A stretch of 64,000 bases of DNA from Octopus bimaculoides. Taxonomy: Eukaryota. A program made the position numbers and the translations under genes. Where the stretch lies: assembly GCF_001194135.2 (NCBI RefSeq), contig NC_068985.1, forward strand, positions 92,722,375-92,786,374, in the 5' to 3' direction. The notes below the pieces were generated by a model, which saw only the letters and a list, made by a program, of their open reading frames with translations, did not search any database and was not told the origin of the DNA. Shown here piece after piece: positions 26,906-41,863 of the stretch (its first letter is position 1; every line of letters starts with the position of its first letter).

Positions 26906-27879
26906 CTGAAATGTTCTATCTCCTTTGGATTTTGTGGATACGTTGTTGCCATTCTTGTTATTGCTTTACTTTCAAACAAAATATGGCCCAAATGTAAATG
27001 TATTTCTGTTAACCTTTACATTGTTAAATTTGTGGTTAAATAAGAGCATCTGTCACTTATAAGTTTTTACCTTCATTTAATTTGTCCAATACCAAAACTT
27101 ATTTTTCCTAATTTTAGTAAATCTCTTCTAAGTTTGTAATTTCTTCCAAATTTCACCTGCTACAGCAGTCAGAATTAAATGTCTTAGTGCATTACTTAAA
27201 TTAGTACTATCATTTTCATTATGATCTCCATGATTATGAGTAATAATTATAATTTTGTATAGTTTTAAAAGGTTATTTTTGGAAAGAAAGTTGCTCATAA
27301 GTTACTTTTATTAAAATTTCATTGAACTAAATTCAGTATTTAAATTAAAGCTTGTCACTTGGAAGGTAGAATACTGTCATTCATGAGCTTATTACAGTTG
27401 CTATTTTTAGACTAAGTACAGTTATTTAATATTATTATATTTAATTTGTTTCCAAATATTGAAATATAAATTGAGTGTGTGAAATAGAATTTATGTCATT
27501 AAATTGTGGAATAATTTTCCATGCTATTGAGTAAACTAACTGTATTTCCTTATTTGATACTTTTGTTTTGTATCATGGAAGAAATTCATCTAGTATTTTT
27601 TCTTTTTTGAATTTTTAGATATCTTAATAATTCTTTATTTCTTAAATTTATATTTGAGAGAGATTTCTGTCATTGTTGTGGAATTTGGAAATATTTATTT
27701 GAAAAGTGCATTTTAGTTTCTTAAAAATAGAATGATGATGAAATTACTTTCATACTGACTAAATAAAATGTTTAAGCCTTTCAATAACTAATTTATTGAT
27801 TAGAGGAAAACTTGTTCTATGAGGCAGACTCTTCATTCTTTCTAAACCTGAAGCATTTCATGTGAAAGCTAATTTTGGA

Positions 27880-28085
27880 CATCATCATTTAACATCTGTT
27901 TCCATGCTGGCATGGGTGGGACAGTTGAACAGCAGCTGGTGAACCAGAGGGCTGCATCAGACTCCATTGTCTGTTTTGGTGTTTCTTCTACAGTTGGATG
28001 CCAATCAATTTACATAGTGTACTGGGTGCTTTTTATGTGGCACTGGCACTAGTGTGGTCACCAAGTAACTCCCAAGACAAGGGTC
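27880..28085 (-). mobile_element. Family A retroposon, diverged
   Basis: CATCATCATTTAACATC..CATGCTGGCATGGG..CAGTTGGATGCC core. Confidence 0.7.
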
Positions 28086-29799
28086 TTTACTTTTATCCTA
28101 TTTTACTACCTCGTGCCTCCCCATTTTACTTATCTCTGGTAATGTTTGTCAAGGTACCCCACTAGTTATTTTTGGCTAGAATTAGTTAGTCACTTGAAGT
28201 AAATGACTGGTCTCATAAGTGTTTATATAATTTTAATTAATTAATGAAACATTCTTGGCTCACTCCATCAAGCATGCTTATGCATACTTTACTATGAAAG
28301 AATTCTGTCTTGCAATTACTTAATGATCTTGTTATGAAAATACCTTGGAAATCAAAATTTTATATGAACTATTCAATGTTGCAACAAATGTTGAAAGATT
28401 AAGCTATATATGAAATCAGAAATATTAAACTAGTAGCAAGTTGTATGGTTATGTTACAGCAATGCATTAAAGAAGTTAAATTCAAAAGAAAAATAATGTA
28501 TTTGAAAATGATCTTAACCCCTGCTAAGTATATATCATAGATATTGATATTAAATATGATTTTTGTCACATTCTAGATGTGCTTAATAGCCATTTTGAAT
28601 GATTCACAAAAAATTTATGATGTAATATATTATAGTAATTTTCATTTCTTTGTTTCTAAATTGACATACTATCTTTGTTAAGTGAACTCAGCATTAATAT
28701 TGTAGATAACTATTTTTAGGTTTTGCTCGGTAGATCTTTACTTGCTCTGTCAACTCTGAATTGCCATATTATGGAATTCTTTATTCTTTGTCTTTCCCAA
28801 CCTATGTATTTAAAAAAAATTCTAGTAGTCTTTGTTAGCTCTTTCTTGCCGTTCTTTATTTTGTTTTCTTCTGAAGTTATTCATCAACCTCTATGGTATC
28901 CACCACAAAAATTAATCAGCTTTACTTTCTGTCTGTCTTCATTGTATATATTATCACAACCACACTGCATCATCAAGTCAATATGAAGAGACTTTTCTTT
29001 GTGTGTGTATTTCTAGTTAAAAATATTTAATATTCTTAATCTGGCTATTACCATTAATTACATGACCTAAATAAACAGACGTAACTAATTGGTTCAAATG
29101 AAATTGCCTTTGCAGGGGAATATTAATCTCTCTCTCTCATACTTAGCATTCAACCTCATTAATACTTTGAATATATCTTGATAAATATTGGCAAAATCTT
29201 GGAATTTGATACTTTTCTTTTTGAACATTTGAAAAAAAAGTCAGATATAATTGTCAGCTGTAACAACAGTAATGAAAGTGGAAGCAAAGTAATTTTTTTT
29301 TAAAGTAGCCTGGAATAAGGAAACTGAGATTGTGTTACATTTATGACAGGGAAGAATTGCTTTGCTATTTGAGTGGCAAATTTATTTTAAACTATTAAAT
29401 ATTTTCATAACATCTTTAATAGATCAAAAATATGATTAGATTCTGTACCACTTTTATGCTACAGTGAGTGGACTTATCGTGACTCTTTGTTTCCAATCAT
29501 CTACAGCACCTCTGCAGTTTAGTGCATGTGTGATTATAAATATTTGTGTGAATGTAAGATCAAGAAATAACATCCGTAGAGTCAAAGTACCTTGCTGTAT
29601 TCACTTAGGATCAGCAAGATCAGATTTCAAAGATTTTCAGATTCCATCAGTATCAACTTGGCTCTTCAGTTTTTTTTCTCAGGTTTAACATATTAAGTAC
29701 CTGTTAAGCAGTGGGATCATTTTAATTAATTTCAACCATTCTAAATAGCTTTCCAGTATTGTCTAAATATTAAAAATCAATGCTATTTATGTGTGTGTT

Positions 29800-30040
29800 T
29801 GTGTGTTGTAAAATGTTTGCTTCCCAGCCATGTGGTTTTGAATTTCACTTCCAGTATGTGGTCCCTTGAGCAACCCTGTCGGTCTGTCTGTCTTCTATAG
29901 TTAGGGAGTCCATTTCCAAACAATTTCGTTTTGGGTCTAGTTACAGTGTATCCCCTTACAAATATATTCTACTATAGCCTCAGACCAATCAAAACCTTGT
30001 GAATGTATTTGGGAGAGGAAAACTGGGAAAAGTCTGTGTG
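29800..30040 (+). mobile_element. Family B SINE 5' half, diverged and interrupted
   Basis: GCTTCCCAGCCATGTGGTT..CTACTATAGCCTCAGACCAATCAAAACCTTGTGAATG. Confidence 0.6.
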
Positions 30041-30149
30041 CACACGCGTGTGTGCATGTGCTGCATGTGCATTTCTATCTCCTGGTCGTGACATTAGGAG
30101 TAGTTGTAAACAAGTGTTACCATCCTACAACTGATACTGCTTGTTTTAG

Positions 30150-30320
30150 TTGTCCTAGAAAATGTATGTCATTGCTGAAATATTACCTTGGTAATATATC
30201 ACCCATAGCAAATGGTGGCAACAGGAAAGGCATCTGGTTGTAGAATATTGCTTCAATTAATCCCCACTCACCTAAGCAAGTATGGAAAAAGAACTGTTAA
30301 AACAATGATGATGATGATGA
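30150..30320 (+). mobile_element. Family A-type 3' tail, diverged
   Basis: GGTGGCAACAGGAAAGGCATC..GTATGGAAAA..GTTAAAACAATGATGATGATG. Confidence 0.6.
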
Positions 30321-30340
30321 TATCTGTGTGTATGCATTCA

Positions 30341-30520
30341 TGTAGCTGTGTGGTAAGAAGCTTGCTTCCCAACCACATAGTTCCAGGTTCAGATTGACTG
30401 TGAGGAACCTTGGCCAAGTGACTTCTATTATAGCTTCAGGCTGACCAAAGCTTTGTGAGTGAATTTGCTTGATGGAAACTAAAAGAAGCCAGGCATGTGT
30501 GTGTGTGTGTATATATATAT
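30341..30520 (+). mobile_element. Family B SINE 5' half
   Basis: GCTGTGTGGTAAGAAGCTTGCTTCCCAACCACAT head through the microsatellite. Confidence 0.8.
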
Positions 30521-30529
30521 GTCCTGCTT

Positions 30530-30780
30530 TTGTTGCCACTTTAACCCTCCACAAAAAATCCCAAACTTTAATTTGCTTTGCGGGGATGACTGTTTTAACG
30601 AAGTTGCATCTTTGAAACATGGAATAGATAAATCATCGGACAACTGATGAAGGGGAATGTTCTTTATTTCTTGTCTTGTTTCTCTGTTTTTTTCTCATTT
30701 TTGTCTACGTTTTTTGATGTCCTGTACCCATATATGCATGTGTATATATACTTATATATGTAGGTATGTTCATATACGTA
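30530..30780 (+). mobile_element. Possible Penelope-like repeat fragment
   Basis: GGACAACTGATGAAGGGGAAT followed by T-rich and TA-rich tail, resembling a repeat I recall from octopus DNA; no downstream GAAAC. Confidence 0.35.
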
Positions 30781-33700
30781 TGTATATATGCATATATTTA
30801 TATATTATTATTATATGATGGAATGCTATGCATCCATTTCCAAGTAAGTTATATATATATAGAGAGAGAATATGAAAAATATCTCTACAATACAGCAGAT
30901 GTATGTGAGGTATTGAAATGTTGTGGGCTAGAAAATATAGAATCTATAGAAAATGAAATCTAAAGTGACGCAAGTCACAGATCAATAACTTCTTGCATTT
31001 GTGCAAATCTTCAACAATGAGGAGAGCATATCCATTGTCCATTTTTAATGAGTTTATTAGAAGATTGTGTTTAGTGTGCAAACATATGCATGCTGATGTT
31101 TTCATAATGTTTATTTTCTGAAGATTATTTAGGAAAGAACTTGCTGACATGTTTTATATTCTTCCATTTGTTAGGAATTCAATTTTTAACAGCACTGCCA
31201 ATATATAATGTCAGGATCATTTGTTTGAATAACAACATCAAGTTTAATAAATAAGCAATCTTTTACTAATGACATTTTGAGTTCACTCTCTAACATTTTT
31301 TTCCCTTCAATTTCTGTACATCACGTACTTACCATAATAAGCATTTGCTTTTATTTATCTATCCCCATTTGAATATAATATTGTATTGTAAACATATTTG
31401 TTCAGTATATTTTCTCTGTGGTTCAGAACCCCCAAATCAAATATTACTTCAATTTTTGTTCATACCAAAAAAATTGTCTATAAGGAATTGTCTTAGCTAT
31501 TAAACGGTGTAATAATTAGAAACATAACTATAAAATTAATACTTTGTCTGCTCCCTATAGGGATGCACTAAACGGTCTTTAGCTATCTGTTTAATGCATC
31601 TTATTGCAAGATCCATGCTGACCCAATAAAATTGTTTTATCTGAATGTGCAGGTCATTGTTACAGGTGAATTAATATCTTTCAGTATCTTTGAGTGTGCT
31701 AAACAGGAAATATAACAATTGCTTAATTCATATCATACATAAAAAAAAATAGCACAATAAATATTGGCTGGTGCCTTATATCATAAGTTAAAATCTACTG
31801 GAAATGTGGATGGGTGGAACACTTAAGTTGCTGACGTTGTCATTTCACCTAGCTGTGGGAATGAGTTTTCTGCTTTATGTGTCAGCTTCTTCATAGATAA
31901 ATATGCTGTCTATGGAAAAATTTACTTCTAACATGGAAGTTATTAGTGGTTTCATGTACCATTGTTCTTTTTCTTAAAAAATGTTGTACTTAATTCTCTA
32001 AGAACTAAGAGGTGAACATTTAACAAATTTGGCTGCTTCTGATTATATAACACAAGACAACAATAATTTAACAATCCTACCATCAAATACAGCCAAATTT
32101 AGAAGTCAACTCTATAGAATCCTAGTTTGTATGTGTTTTTATATATTTAAAAAAAAAGTCATTTAAAGGAAAATAGTAAAAATAAAATACATTAAAAAAA
32201 TAAATCTGATTCAATATTTGAAATAACTACTGATTTTTTTAATATTTTATTCTGCTCTTCATTTTTTTCTATTGACTTTTTTTATATTTTTGCTTTGCAT
32301 GTTGATATATATGCAAATGCAATTTATTCAACCGCATATTTGCCAGGATGACTTTTGACAAAAGATTTTTTATATCAGTTTCAAATACATTTTTTTTTAA
32401 TCTTTATCCTGCTTCTATTTCAACTGTTTGTGCTGCATTAGATTTCAAGATCCAGTAATATTTTTTCATCGCAAAAGACAGAAAACCCAACTGTAAATTA
32501 ATTATTTTACTTATAAAATGCCTATAATAAATAGCTTACAAATTAAGGCATTGAGCTGTGAATGTTGCATATTCAGTTAAATTAATCTGTTATAGATTTT
32601 AAATTGTTTTTGTTTTATGATAGTTATCTTGGCAGTTCAGACTACAAATTTATGGATGGTTTATAGTTTTAGAAATTAAAATTTGTAATTGAAATATTTT
32701 AGAATGCATATACATTTATACACTTGGAAACAAATAAAAAATACAATTTTCATCAACTTCATTAATCTATGTAATTTATTTTAAGTATTAAAATGTAACT
32801 ATGTATATGTAAATGTTTTTTGACACTTATAAAAACAGTTTGGAAATTATAACCATAAAAAAATAATATAGCAACCAAAATTTTAATTACTCCTCAAATT
32901 ACTGTGATCAATAACTACTGGTAATTAATTTTCTTTTAGATTATCTAGTGTTAAGAAACATTCATTTTAGATTTAATAGATTTTTCAAAACCCTGATACT
33001 ACCTAGAATCAATACAAATATAAAATTGACATTATCATTTGTCACACACGTTTTTTTTGTTTTTTTTTTATAAAATTCTTAATCCTTTGACTATAAAATA
33101 TTGATATATGCTTTAGATTTCATTATCTTTCATCTTCATTGATTTACTATTGAAAAACATTTTGGCTAGATTTCTTTTAGAATATATATTTACTTATTTC
33201 TGTAAACATATATTTGACATCTGGTCCGTATTGATTATATGTATGACAAGAACTTCAATGTTGTTGATGTGTAAATGATCTCTCAAAATAACCCCTTCTT
33301 GTATGTTTAGTTCTTAAAGATAAGTATTTAATTATATCTCAGGTATTTGACATTTTGGAGGATGTTTTGAGTATAGTCTTTAGTTTCTCATTTGCTCATA
33401 GGCTTTATCAGCATAGTTTTTCAACCTTAGATAGCTTTTTAATGGTACATATTGAGTCAAACTCCACTTCTGTTTCACTAATCCCTGTAGATGCTTTGAA
33501 ACCCACAGCCACAGTGTTGCAGATGTTAGGGTGGGGAGTGCATTACACACACTTTTATGTATTAATTCATTGATTGAACTGTGACAATCAAGAAATATTT
33601 TTCTATTTATCACTACATGGCCAATTCACATGCAATCAAAGTCTGTTTAGTACTGTCATGTATGGTCTATAACTCCCACTGCAACAGAAAATTAGCAAAG

Positions 33701-36083
33701 TAGTATCTACCTGTCTCAAAACTCTGATTATCCATAAGTTAGTCATTGGATCAGATTTTGAACTTATTTTAAGGATATTGATTCTATGGTTAGGGTGTGA
33801 TCCTATGATGCTGGAGTAACAGTATGTAGCAATGTTGTTGGTATGTGATTAGATATGTATTTGTATGTACTCCGTGTGTTCTTTGTGTGTTTAAGTGGTC
33901 TTTTAGTCTGAATATTTTTTTCTTTATCTTTTTTTGTATGTCTACATTGAGTAGTGTGTGTGTTGGCAACTTTCAATATTTATCTTTGAGGTAATATACC
34001 TAAGCAGAAATGGCATGGTTGACAAAGGATAATTTATGTACAGCTTATAAACTATTATGATAGTTCTCTCAATGAATACTGATTAAGAAGAGGAACAAGC
34101 CAAGTATTATCCATTAGATGTTTAATGTTATGAAAAGCAGAGTGCTGGTGACATGAAAGAGTAGCTGGGCATTAAAATTATTAACCAATATATGCAGCAG
34201 CAATGATTTCACTGGTGTGAGCTTGTGATGTAAACAGGCAATGAATGGTTGGTGAAAAATGCTTTTAGTTGTTAGTGGATGTTACTTATGGTAGAGGAAA
34301 ACCTGGAAAGAAGCAGTGAGGTTAAATTTCATAATTTGGGTTGACAGTATTGAAACACAGGATTTTCTTTTTGGCAAACCTGTCTAACCCATGCAAGCAT
34401 GGAAAAATAACACTAAAATTATGGTGGTGGGAATGATGGTAATATAAGTAATATCTAAGATTTGTATGTTATGTTCTTCTTTGTTTAAAGAAGTATAGAA
34501 AAAGAAATCTGAAATGTATTTGGAATAAGTGTATTGTCATTTACAATTATTGTAATGAAATTCTAAAACTGTTCAGCTATTACTTAGATTTTCTTAGATG
34601 TAGGAACCAAATCTGTCGGTTTTAGTTTCATATTTTGATATAATCTGTTAAATCTCCTTTTAATGAAGTTAAGTCATTGTTGCTAATACAGCACAACTAA
34701 ATCCAATGGAGTCTTTGAGAAAACTGCCTCAGCTAACACTATTTATAATACCATATTTAATGGTATGTACCAAATCAAAGATTTTATTCCTTTAAACTAT
34801 GGATGTCAATTTTGTTTTTTACACGATCCTATTTTGATAACATTCATAAGACTTTTCCCAAATGGATATCAATAGGCAATAAACAAAAGCCTACTTTAAT
34901 TTTGGAATCAGAAATAATTTTTTAAAAATCTCCTCATGATCAAACAGAAAATTAATTAATCTTTTATTGTTTTTTTTTTTCATTTGGTTTATGTTAATAG
35001 CTGAACTAAAAGTGGTGATTTTATGTTATTAAATCATTAAATGAAACTTCGTTAGTAAACTATTAGGAAGTGCTTATTAGATTAACAGAATGTTCCTTAT
35101 TTCTAGATATTCCATAGAATCAAATTTGGGATCCATTGTAAATTTTGCTAACAGCTATAGAGACTAGAACTGAATCAGTTTTGTTTGGTTCAAGATAGGT
35201 TTTACAGACAGTCACATGTTTACTGATTCTATAAAAGCAAGTTAGTTGCTTAATTATAGAAACTAAACTGCACTGATAACAATCAGTATTTATTTAAAAA
35301 TAGTCTGGTGTTCTATTTCTAACTCAATTTCCCAGTTCACATCTCTCTTTTCTCCACAACTTCCATTGTGAACCATTTTGCTCTTTTTTACTTCAGTGTG
35401 TGGGTGTGCATAGTGTGTGTATTATTATTATTATTATTTTTTAATTAGATGGTTACATTTCTATGTCAATTTTCTTTTACCATATTCTTTCTTGAAATTC
35501 TACTAAACTCTTATGTTATCAGTTTCTTTTCCATTCTGCTTAGTTTTTCACTTAGCTAGCTCCAGCATTACACTTAAAACTATAGATAATGGTCACTTTC
35601 ATCAAAATGTATCTGATTTTTTTCTTTCTATGTGGTTATACTTTATTTTCTTAAAATGCTTAATGTCTCTGTATTTGAACTTTCTTTTGCTTTCATTAAA
35701 TGTCTTCTGTTTCATTATGTAATACCTTTTCCATTGCATCAACTAAATCCATTGAAAATTTTGTTACGCAAGCTAATCATTTTTTCTAACTTCATTTTTT
35801 TCAGGTGAGTCGGTTTAATCTACAACTTTACTGCATTGACTTAACCAGCCTATTGAACTTGTTAAGTATAGTTAAATTTTTATTCTTCTACAAATATTTT
35901 TGTTACCTCTTATATTTCTAATTAATTTTTTTTTTCACTTATTCTGATTTTTGAAAAAATACTAACACTGATTTTTATTTTTGTGGGGCGGACATGACAA
36001 AGCTATACTAAATAAAATGGAAATAGTTGATCAATCTAATTTCTGTAATGTTTTTCTTTGTACTGTCTCTTCTAATGTAGTTT

Positions 36084-36084
36084 A

Positions 36085-36120
<36 letters not shown>
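36084..36120. repeat. Compound (TG)n(AG)n microsatellite
   Basis: Direct. Confidence 0.95.
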
Positions 36121-36588
36121 GGAGTGAGTAACTGACTGTGTAAGTGAATGTTAGGATGCGTGTATTGTGTTGGTGGTAATAAAGGTTTTATAGATTGATA
36201 AAATTGATATAATGGCAGTTTCCTCCAACTGGTGTGTCTCTTTACCTGTGGTTAGAGCCTCATGGCTGGATTCTATGATGCTAGCTCATTAGCTTGTACA
36301 GATCAGTAGTTGATTAAATCCCTTCTGTACTTGAGTGAAATGTTGTTCTATTGACCGTAGAAGGATGAAAGGAATGGTGACATAATATAATTTGAAATCA
36401 GAATATAAAACATGGGAATGAATACTGAATGGCATTTTGTCCAAAGGTGGCTCACTACCCTAATTTCTCGACCCTAATAATAATACTAATAATAAACATT
36501 TTATGCTTTTTCCTATAATAATTTTTGAACTGCATAATTTATTACAGTTGGTGTTTGATATAATGATGATAATGATGATAATGATGGC

Positions 36589-36620
36589 TTGTTTAGTGTG
36601 CTATTGTTTAGTGTGCTATT
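36589..36620. repeat. 15-bp tandem duplication
   Basis: GTTTAGTGTGCTATT twice. Confidence 0.9.
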
Positions 36621-38463
36621 AAAGAATCATCTGTTGAAAGAATTTTCTTTTCTGTGTAGTTATTTTAAGTACTCTAGATTTCCAAACGTTTTCTTTTATA
36701 TATAATTTAAGTTTTGTTTTAACAGATTCAATTGGAAACATAGGAAACTAAGATACACGTTGCTTTATATGATCAGTATCATACCAGTTCAAGGCAAATA
36801 GTGAATAATGTTACATCTGCTTCTTTCTAAAATAGATGTTTGCAAATTAAAATATGCAGTGGTACTTGCATTTATTGCTTGTATATTATATACAATAAAC
36901 TTTATATGTGTGTTTAGAAGTAATGAATTAACTAGTTACATTTCTTTAAACTCTACTATTTTCAGTACTGCTAAACACTTTAAACATTAAAACATAATGG
37001 GCAGTTAAACAATTAACTTGTGTAATGTAATTTTGGTTTGATGGAATAGTTTCATATTCTGCCTTGTATGTATGTATGTATGTATATTATTTACCTCTTA
37101 ATCACATGGGAAGAGCCTCCAAGACAAGTGGGAGGGAGAAAGAGAAGATTCTTCAAAGTAGAGGACTGACCTGAATGATTGCAGCAGAGTGGCCTCTACT
37201 AAAAGCAGATGAAGAATTAGACTTGTGTATCCTTTAAAATACACATAAGATATTCACTAATTTATCTGCTGTCTCTGCCATGTTTAAAAAAACAAAATTA
37301 TCATTTGGTTAAAAAAAAGCAAATGTTTGAAATATGCTAATGTATATCCTCATATATATAAATTGGTAACAATTTGTTTAGAAATGAAACCAAATAAGTA
37401 AAATTATGCATTAATAATAATTTCAATGACTTTCATTGGGGAAAAATTATAGTTTTATATAACAGAAATTTTAACTGGCAGCATAAAATACTAGCGCTTC
37501 TTAAAAACATGAAATGCAGCATCTATTTTTGAGATAGAAATGAGCATCTCATTACTGAAATACTAAGGTTCATCTCAGTTATTCAGAATGTTTTCAATTT
37601 ATTCTCCTCACTTTACGACTTAATTGATATTTGAATTTTCATCAACATTTGTCTGTATGAAGAAAATATAAATGATTCTCATTAGTAGCTGATAAAGATC
37701 ACATCCTGCAAAATTATTCATGTATCCATTGATTAAAGTTGCTTCTCAATAATGGATGATTTGAAGATGGAGGTGTTTTGGTCAAAGTTCAATCACATTT
37801 TAATGGCCAGTGGATTGTAATTCCACTCTTAGGACTACCAATTTCTGGCCTGTCTCTTTTCACAATTCCTGGAACTATTCCAAATCAGTGCTGTAATATT
37901 TAAAATTACTCGTTAATTTCTTTTTGTTTGTCTGATTTCCCTAATCCATTTTGCTATATTTGGAATGTTTATCTGCTTCTTGAATGTTATATAAAAACTT
38001 TTTAGATATTTTGTAGATTAGCATTTTTGTTCTCTCAACTTTTGACACACAATTTTAACTTTATTTCATAAAAACTGGAGAAAATCCAATTTGAAATCTC
38101 ATTACTGTTCCCCCGTCTCTATTAAGGTTATAATGAATTAATTTTCTTTGTAGCTGAAGTTTGAGAGCCAATTCTTTTTTCTCTGATTTAAGGGATAAAT
38201 GTTATAAAATAATTTTGAAAATTTCAATCCAGCTACTGTTGTATTTTCTTGCTATGTTTAATCAAATTTACCCTTTCAGAATGTGGTTAGGTGTATCAAT
38301 TAAATGTTTGACCATGCAACACTAGTTTAAAATTCTGACAGTCAGTAGCTTATTCTATGATGATAATACATGCCAGCTCTGGTCCCTAGTTATGATGTTC
38401 AATTGATCAGAATTTAACATAATAGTTTCTTTTGAAGTCATAGTCTTCTGCTATCAGTTTTAC

Positions 38464-38578
38464 CTTCCAATTTTGTCTCTCTTGTAAATGGCTTTACACG
38501 CAATGATCAGTTTCCTTTCCAGTTTTTTCATCATCTGTCATTAAAGGATGAGTTTTCAGTCATTCATGTGGTAGACTC
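38464..38578 (-). pseudogene. Exon-like segment with two stops: SLPHE*LKTHPLMTDDEKTGKETDHCV*SHLQERQNWK
   Basis: Acceptor tatcttctag|G, donor AAG|gtaaaa, 115 nt; frame not unique. Confidence 0.35.
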
Positions 38579-39967
38579 CTAGAAGATAGATATCTTTGAT
38601 TTTGTAATTTGGAGAACTAATTTTATGTCTAGATCAAGCATCATGTATGACATATAGACACATGCAAAGTTTCCTTTCAAAATCTTTTACAGACACGTGT
38701 TCAGATTATAGTTTTAAGCATGAAGGGTTCTATATTATTTTAAACATATTATCTTAGGGTATTTTACAGTGTTTACTGTGTACTGTATGTTCATGTTGGA
38801 ACAGAATGTAGGAACTTAAAAAGGTTGCCATCATTAATGTTAGAAAAAGCAAATTGAACTTTGCAAGGATGTGAGTTGTTAGTGCTAACAAAAACAAAAA
38901 AAATGCCCTTTGTACATTGAGAAAATATTAGTAGATTAGAGAAGGGAAATAATTTGTAAATTAATTTTCTAAAAGGGTTTGATAAAAATTGAGCATTTCA
39001 TCATCTGTTATTTTGATTCTAATGAATATATTTGCAAAATTATTGATAAAATAATATTCAAAGCAAATATATCTTATAGCATTTTTAATTTGTGGGCTTA
39101 TGAAATTATCTGTTTACGTAATTATATATGGAATTACATTTATACTAATATTGATACTTGGAAACCTGTTTCACACCATAATTAAACACAGCTGTATGAA
39201 CTCGCTTGTGATTGAAGACCTTTCTCAAATGATATTCAGTAGCCATCTGTATATCTTATTTAAGCTGATTAAATTGATAAAAATGAGATCTGCCTCACTC
39301 ATTTTTATATTCCATAGCTGTATCTGCTTATTTGTATATTTCTTATGACCTTGATATGTTTCCATACTTTTCTTCGTTATCTCGATTTCTATTTTGAGAT
39401 CATCACATGTTTTGGTAAATTTTTCTTGGATATTCTGCACTTGCCTCTTGCAGATAAATTTCTATAATTTCTTCATGATCCACTTCTTTAGTCTATTTCT
39501 TTTCCATCCGTATATTTATATTCTATCATTTCCATATTGCTGTTTACAACTAATTCTTTTTTCCACAAGTTATTTCCCATCATTTAGTGTCTCAGGTGTT
39601 TCGAAAGCATTGAGCTATTTCGACTGAAATTTTGAATAGATGATACTGTCAAATATTTAATGGGTAATATTGCAAATTGTCTTTAAAGAATTTAATAACC
39701 ATAAGTCTCTGTTCGATGGAGTCAGTTAAATATCAGTTATAAAGAACAATAGTCATTAAAAACTGTGGAATTTGGCAATTAATTCTCTTGTTTTTACCAT
39801 GCTTCCATGGGTTAAATAAATATGTTATTTCAGGCATTGTTCTGATATCAAGTAAGAGATCTTGTATTCCATATGGATTCAAAGACATGAAATGACTAAA
39901 TCATTTGTTCATAGGAGAATTGATAACACCACCTTCCTCTAAAACTTTTGCACGAGAAATTGCAGAT

Positions 39968-39999
<32 letters not shown>

Positions 40000-40443
40000 T
40001 GATCTTTTGGCTGGAAAGCGAAATTTTCAATCATACAGCCACACCTGCACTCTTGTTAGCCTGAATTGGTTAGAACTTTCTGTATCTCCTGCGTATAGAA
40101 GCTGATATAATGAATGGTCTATCCAAACTTTGACATGCCAAAGAAATGTGTAAGAAATAATTAAGACTTTTCTCAAGAATAATACAGTGAAAATTGAAGA
40201 TTTGTTAGATCAACATTTACTAAAATATTCAGGATACGAAGAAATTTTGTGTGAACAAATAATAAAGAGAAGCATATTGGAATTGCATATAATTGGTGTT
40301 ATTAAATCATTGCAATACTTACTAATTTAAGAAAAGAAGCCAAAACTAATTTACAACGAACATTTGGAACCTGTAAGTTCCAGGTTAAAATATTTTTGGT
40401 CGTCTGGTAAAATGTCTTTTGAAACACAGAATTTATCCTCTTC

Positions 40444-40635
40444 TTCATCATCATCCCTTAGTATACATGTTCCATGCTGGTATAGGTTGGTTGGTTTGAC
40501 AGGATTTGACAGGTCCAAGAACTGCATTCTTCTCCATTGTCCACTTTAGTTTGGTATCTAAGGGTGGACACCCTTCCCCGGTGCTGACCATTCTACAGAG
40601 TGTAATGGTTGTGTGTTTCATGACACCAGCAGGAG
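40444..40635 (-). mobile_element. Family A retroposon, diverged
   Basis: CATCATCATC..CATGCTGGTATAGGTTGG..GGTGGACACCTTCC similarity. Confidence 0.6.
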
Positions 40636-41000
40636 TAAGGTCCAGATACAAGCTGATTGACCCTGGGAGAGGAAATTTAGAGCAAGAAATATTATCATTT
40701 GAAATTTAAATATTTTCTTTGTTTAGAGAATTTATTAACAAAATCAAATAAGGATGGGCTGTTTATGTAGTAAGCAATTATTAGAATGATGATTGCAAAA
40801 GTCTACTACCAAACACACTGAGTTGGTATTAGAGTTAGCATTTGAATTATAATATTAATGAAGATAAAGGCTGGCATTCCCGACTGAGACTTCTGAGGTT
40901 ATTCCTTGATTTATGTCTTATTTCTGATTAAGTAAGCTTTTGGGAAATGTCATAAATCTATTTCATGTTCATTTAGAAATTGGTTTGGTATTACATTTAC

Positions 41001-41319
41001 TCTCAGGTAAACTGAACGAGATTGTATAAATTACATTGACCAACAAAGCAACTGGTTGTTTTGATATAGGGTCTCTATAGAAGTTTTGTTAGGATTGGTG
41101 TATATAAATTTAAATGTTAATAATTGCCGCTGTTGCACATTAATCCAATTACAAAAAATACTGAGGAAATGCATATAATCAAGACGAATTTCAAGTATTT
41201 TTTCAATATAAAATGAGATATTAAGGGAATTTCTTCTACATAAGGATCTGTTATAAATGACTGAAATTAATCTGGTTTCAATAAATTCTACAACACAAAT
41301 GTCAAAACAAATCATTGTA
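41001..41319 (-). pseudogene. Exon-like segment containing track ORF 41031-41315 plus one TAA near the donor
   Basis: ccttcag|T acceptor, AGA|gtaaat donor; about 95 stop-free codons in very AT-rich DNA, although a few such runs are expected by chance in this window. Confidence 0.25.
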
Positions 41320-41498
41320 CTGAAGGTTCAGGGATATCACTTTTGAATTGCAGATAAATTTCTCCAATGGAATCTGCATTGCTAAACTAAATCCTTTCTT
41401 CTTTAACTGTGGTGTTATGCTATATTGACATTTGTGTTATACTTTTTTAAAGGTAGTAGTGCATTGGCAAAATCATTCACACTTCAAAGAAAATACGT

Positions 41499-41863
41499 AC
41501 TCTTTTACTTGTTTCAGTCACTTGTATGCAGCCATGCTGGAGCACCGCCTATAGTCGATCAAAGTGACCCCTAGACTTATTCTTTGTAAGCCTAATACTT
41601 ATTCTATCGCTCTATTTTGCCGAACTGCTAAGTTACAGGGATGTAAACACACCAGCATCGGTTGTCAAGTGATTTTTTTTGGGGGGGGGACAAACATATA
41701 TATATATATACGTATATACGACGGGCTTCTTTCAGTACCAAATCCACTCACCATGCTATGGTTGGTCCAAGGCTATAGTAGAAGACACTTGCCCAAGGTG
41801 CCATGCAGTGGGACTGAACCTGGAAACATGTGGTTGGTAAGCAAGCTACTTACCACACAGCCA
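41499..41863 (-). mobile_element. Family B SINE, full length
   Basis: Reverse complement of the 11784 copy across head, microsatellite and tail. Confidence 0.9.

Noticed and set aside
30644-30680. CTGATGA core as a functional ribozyme
   Set aside because: No downstream GAAA in this copy.
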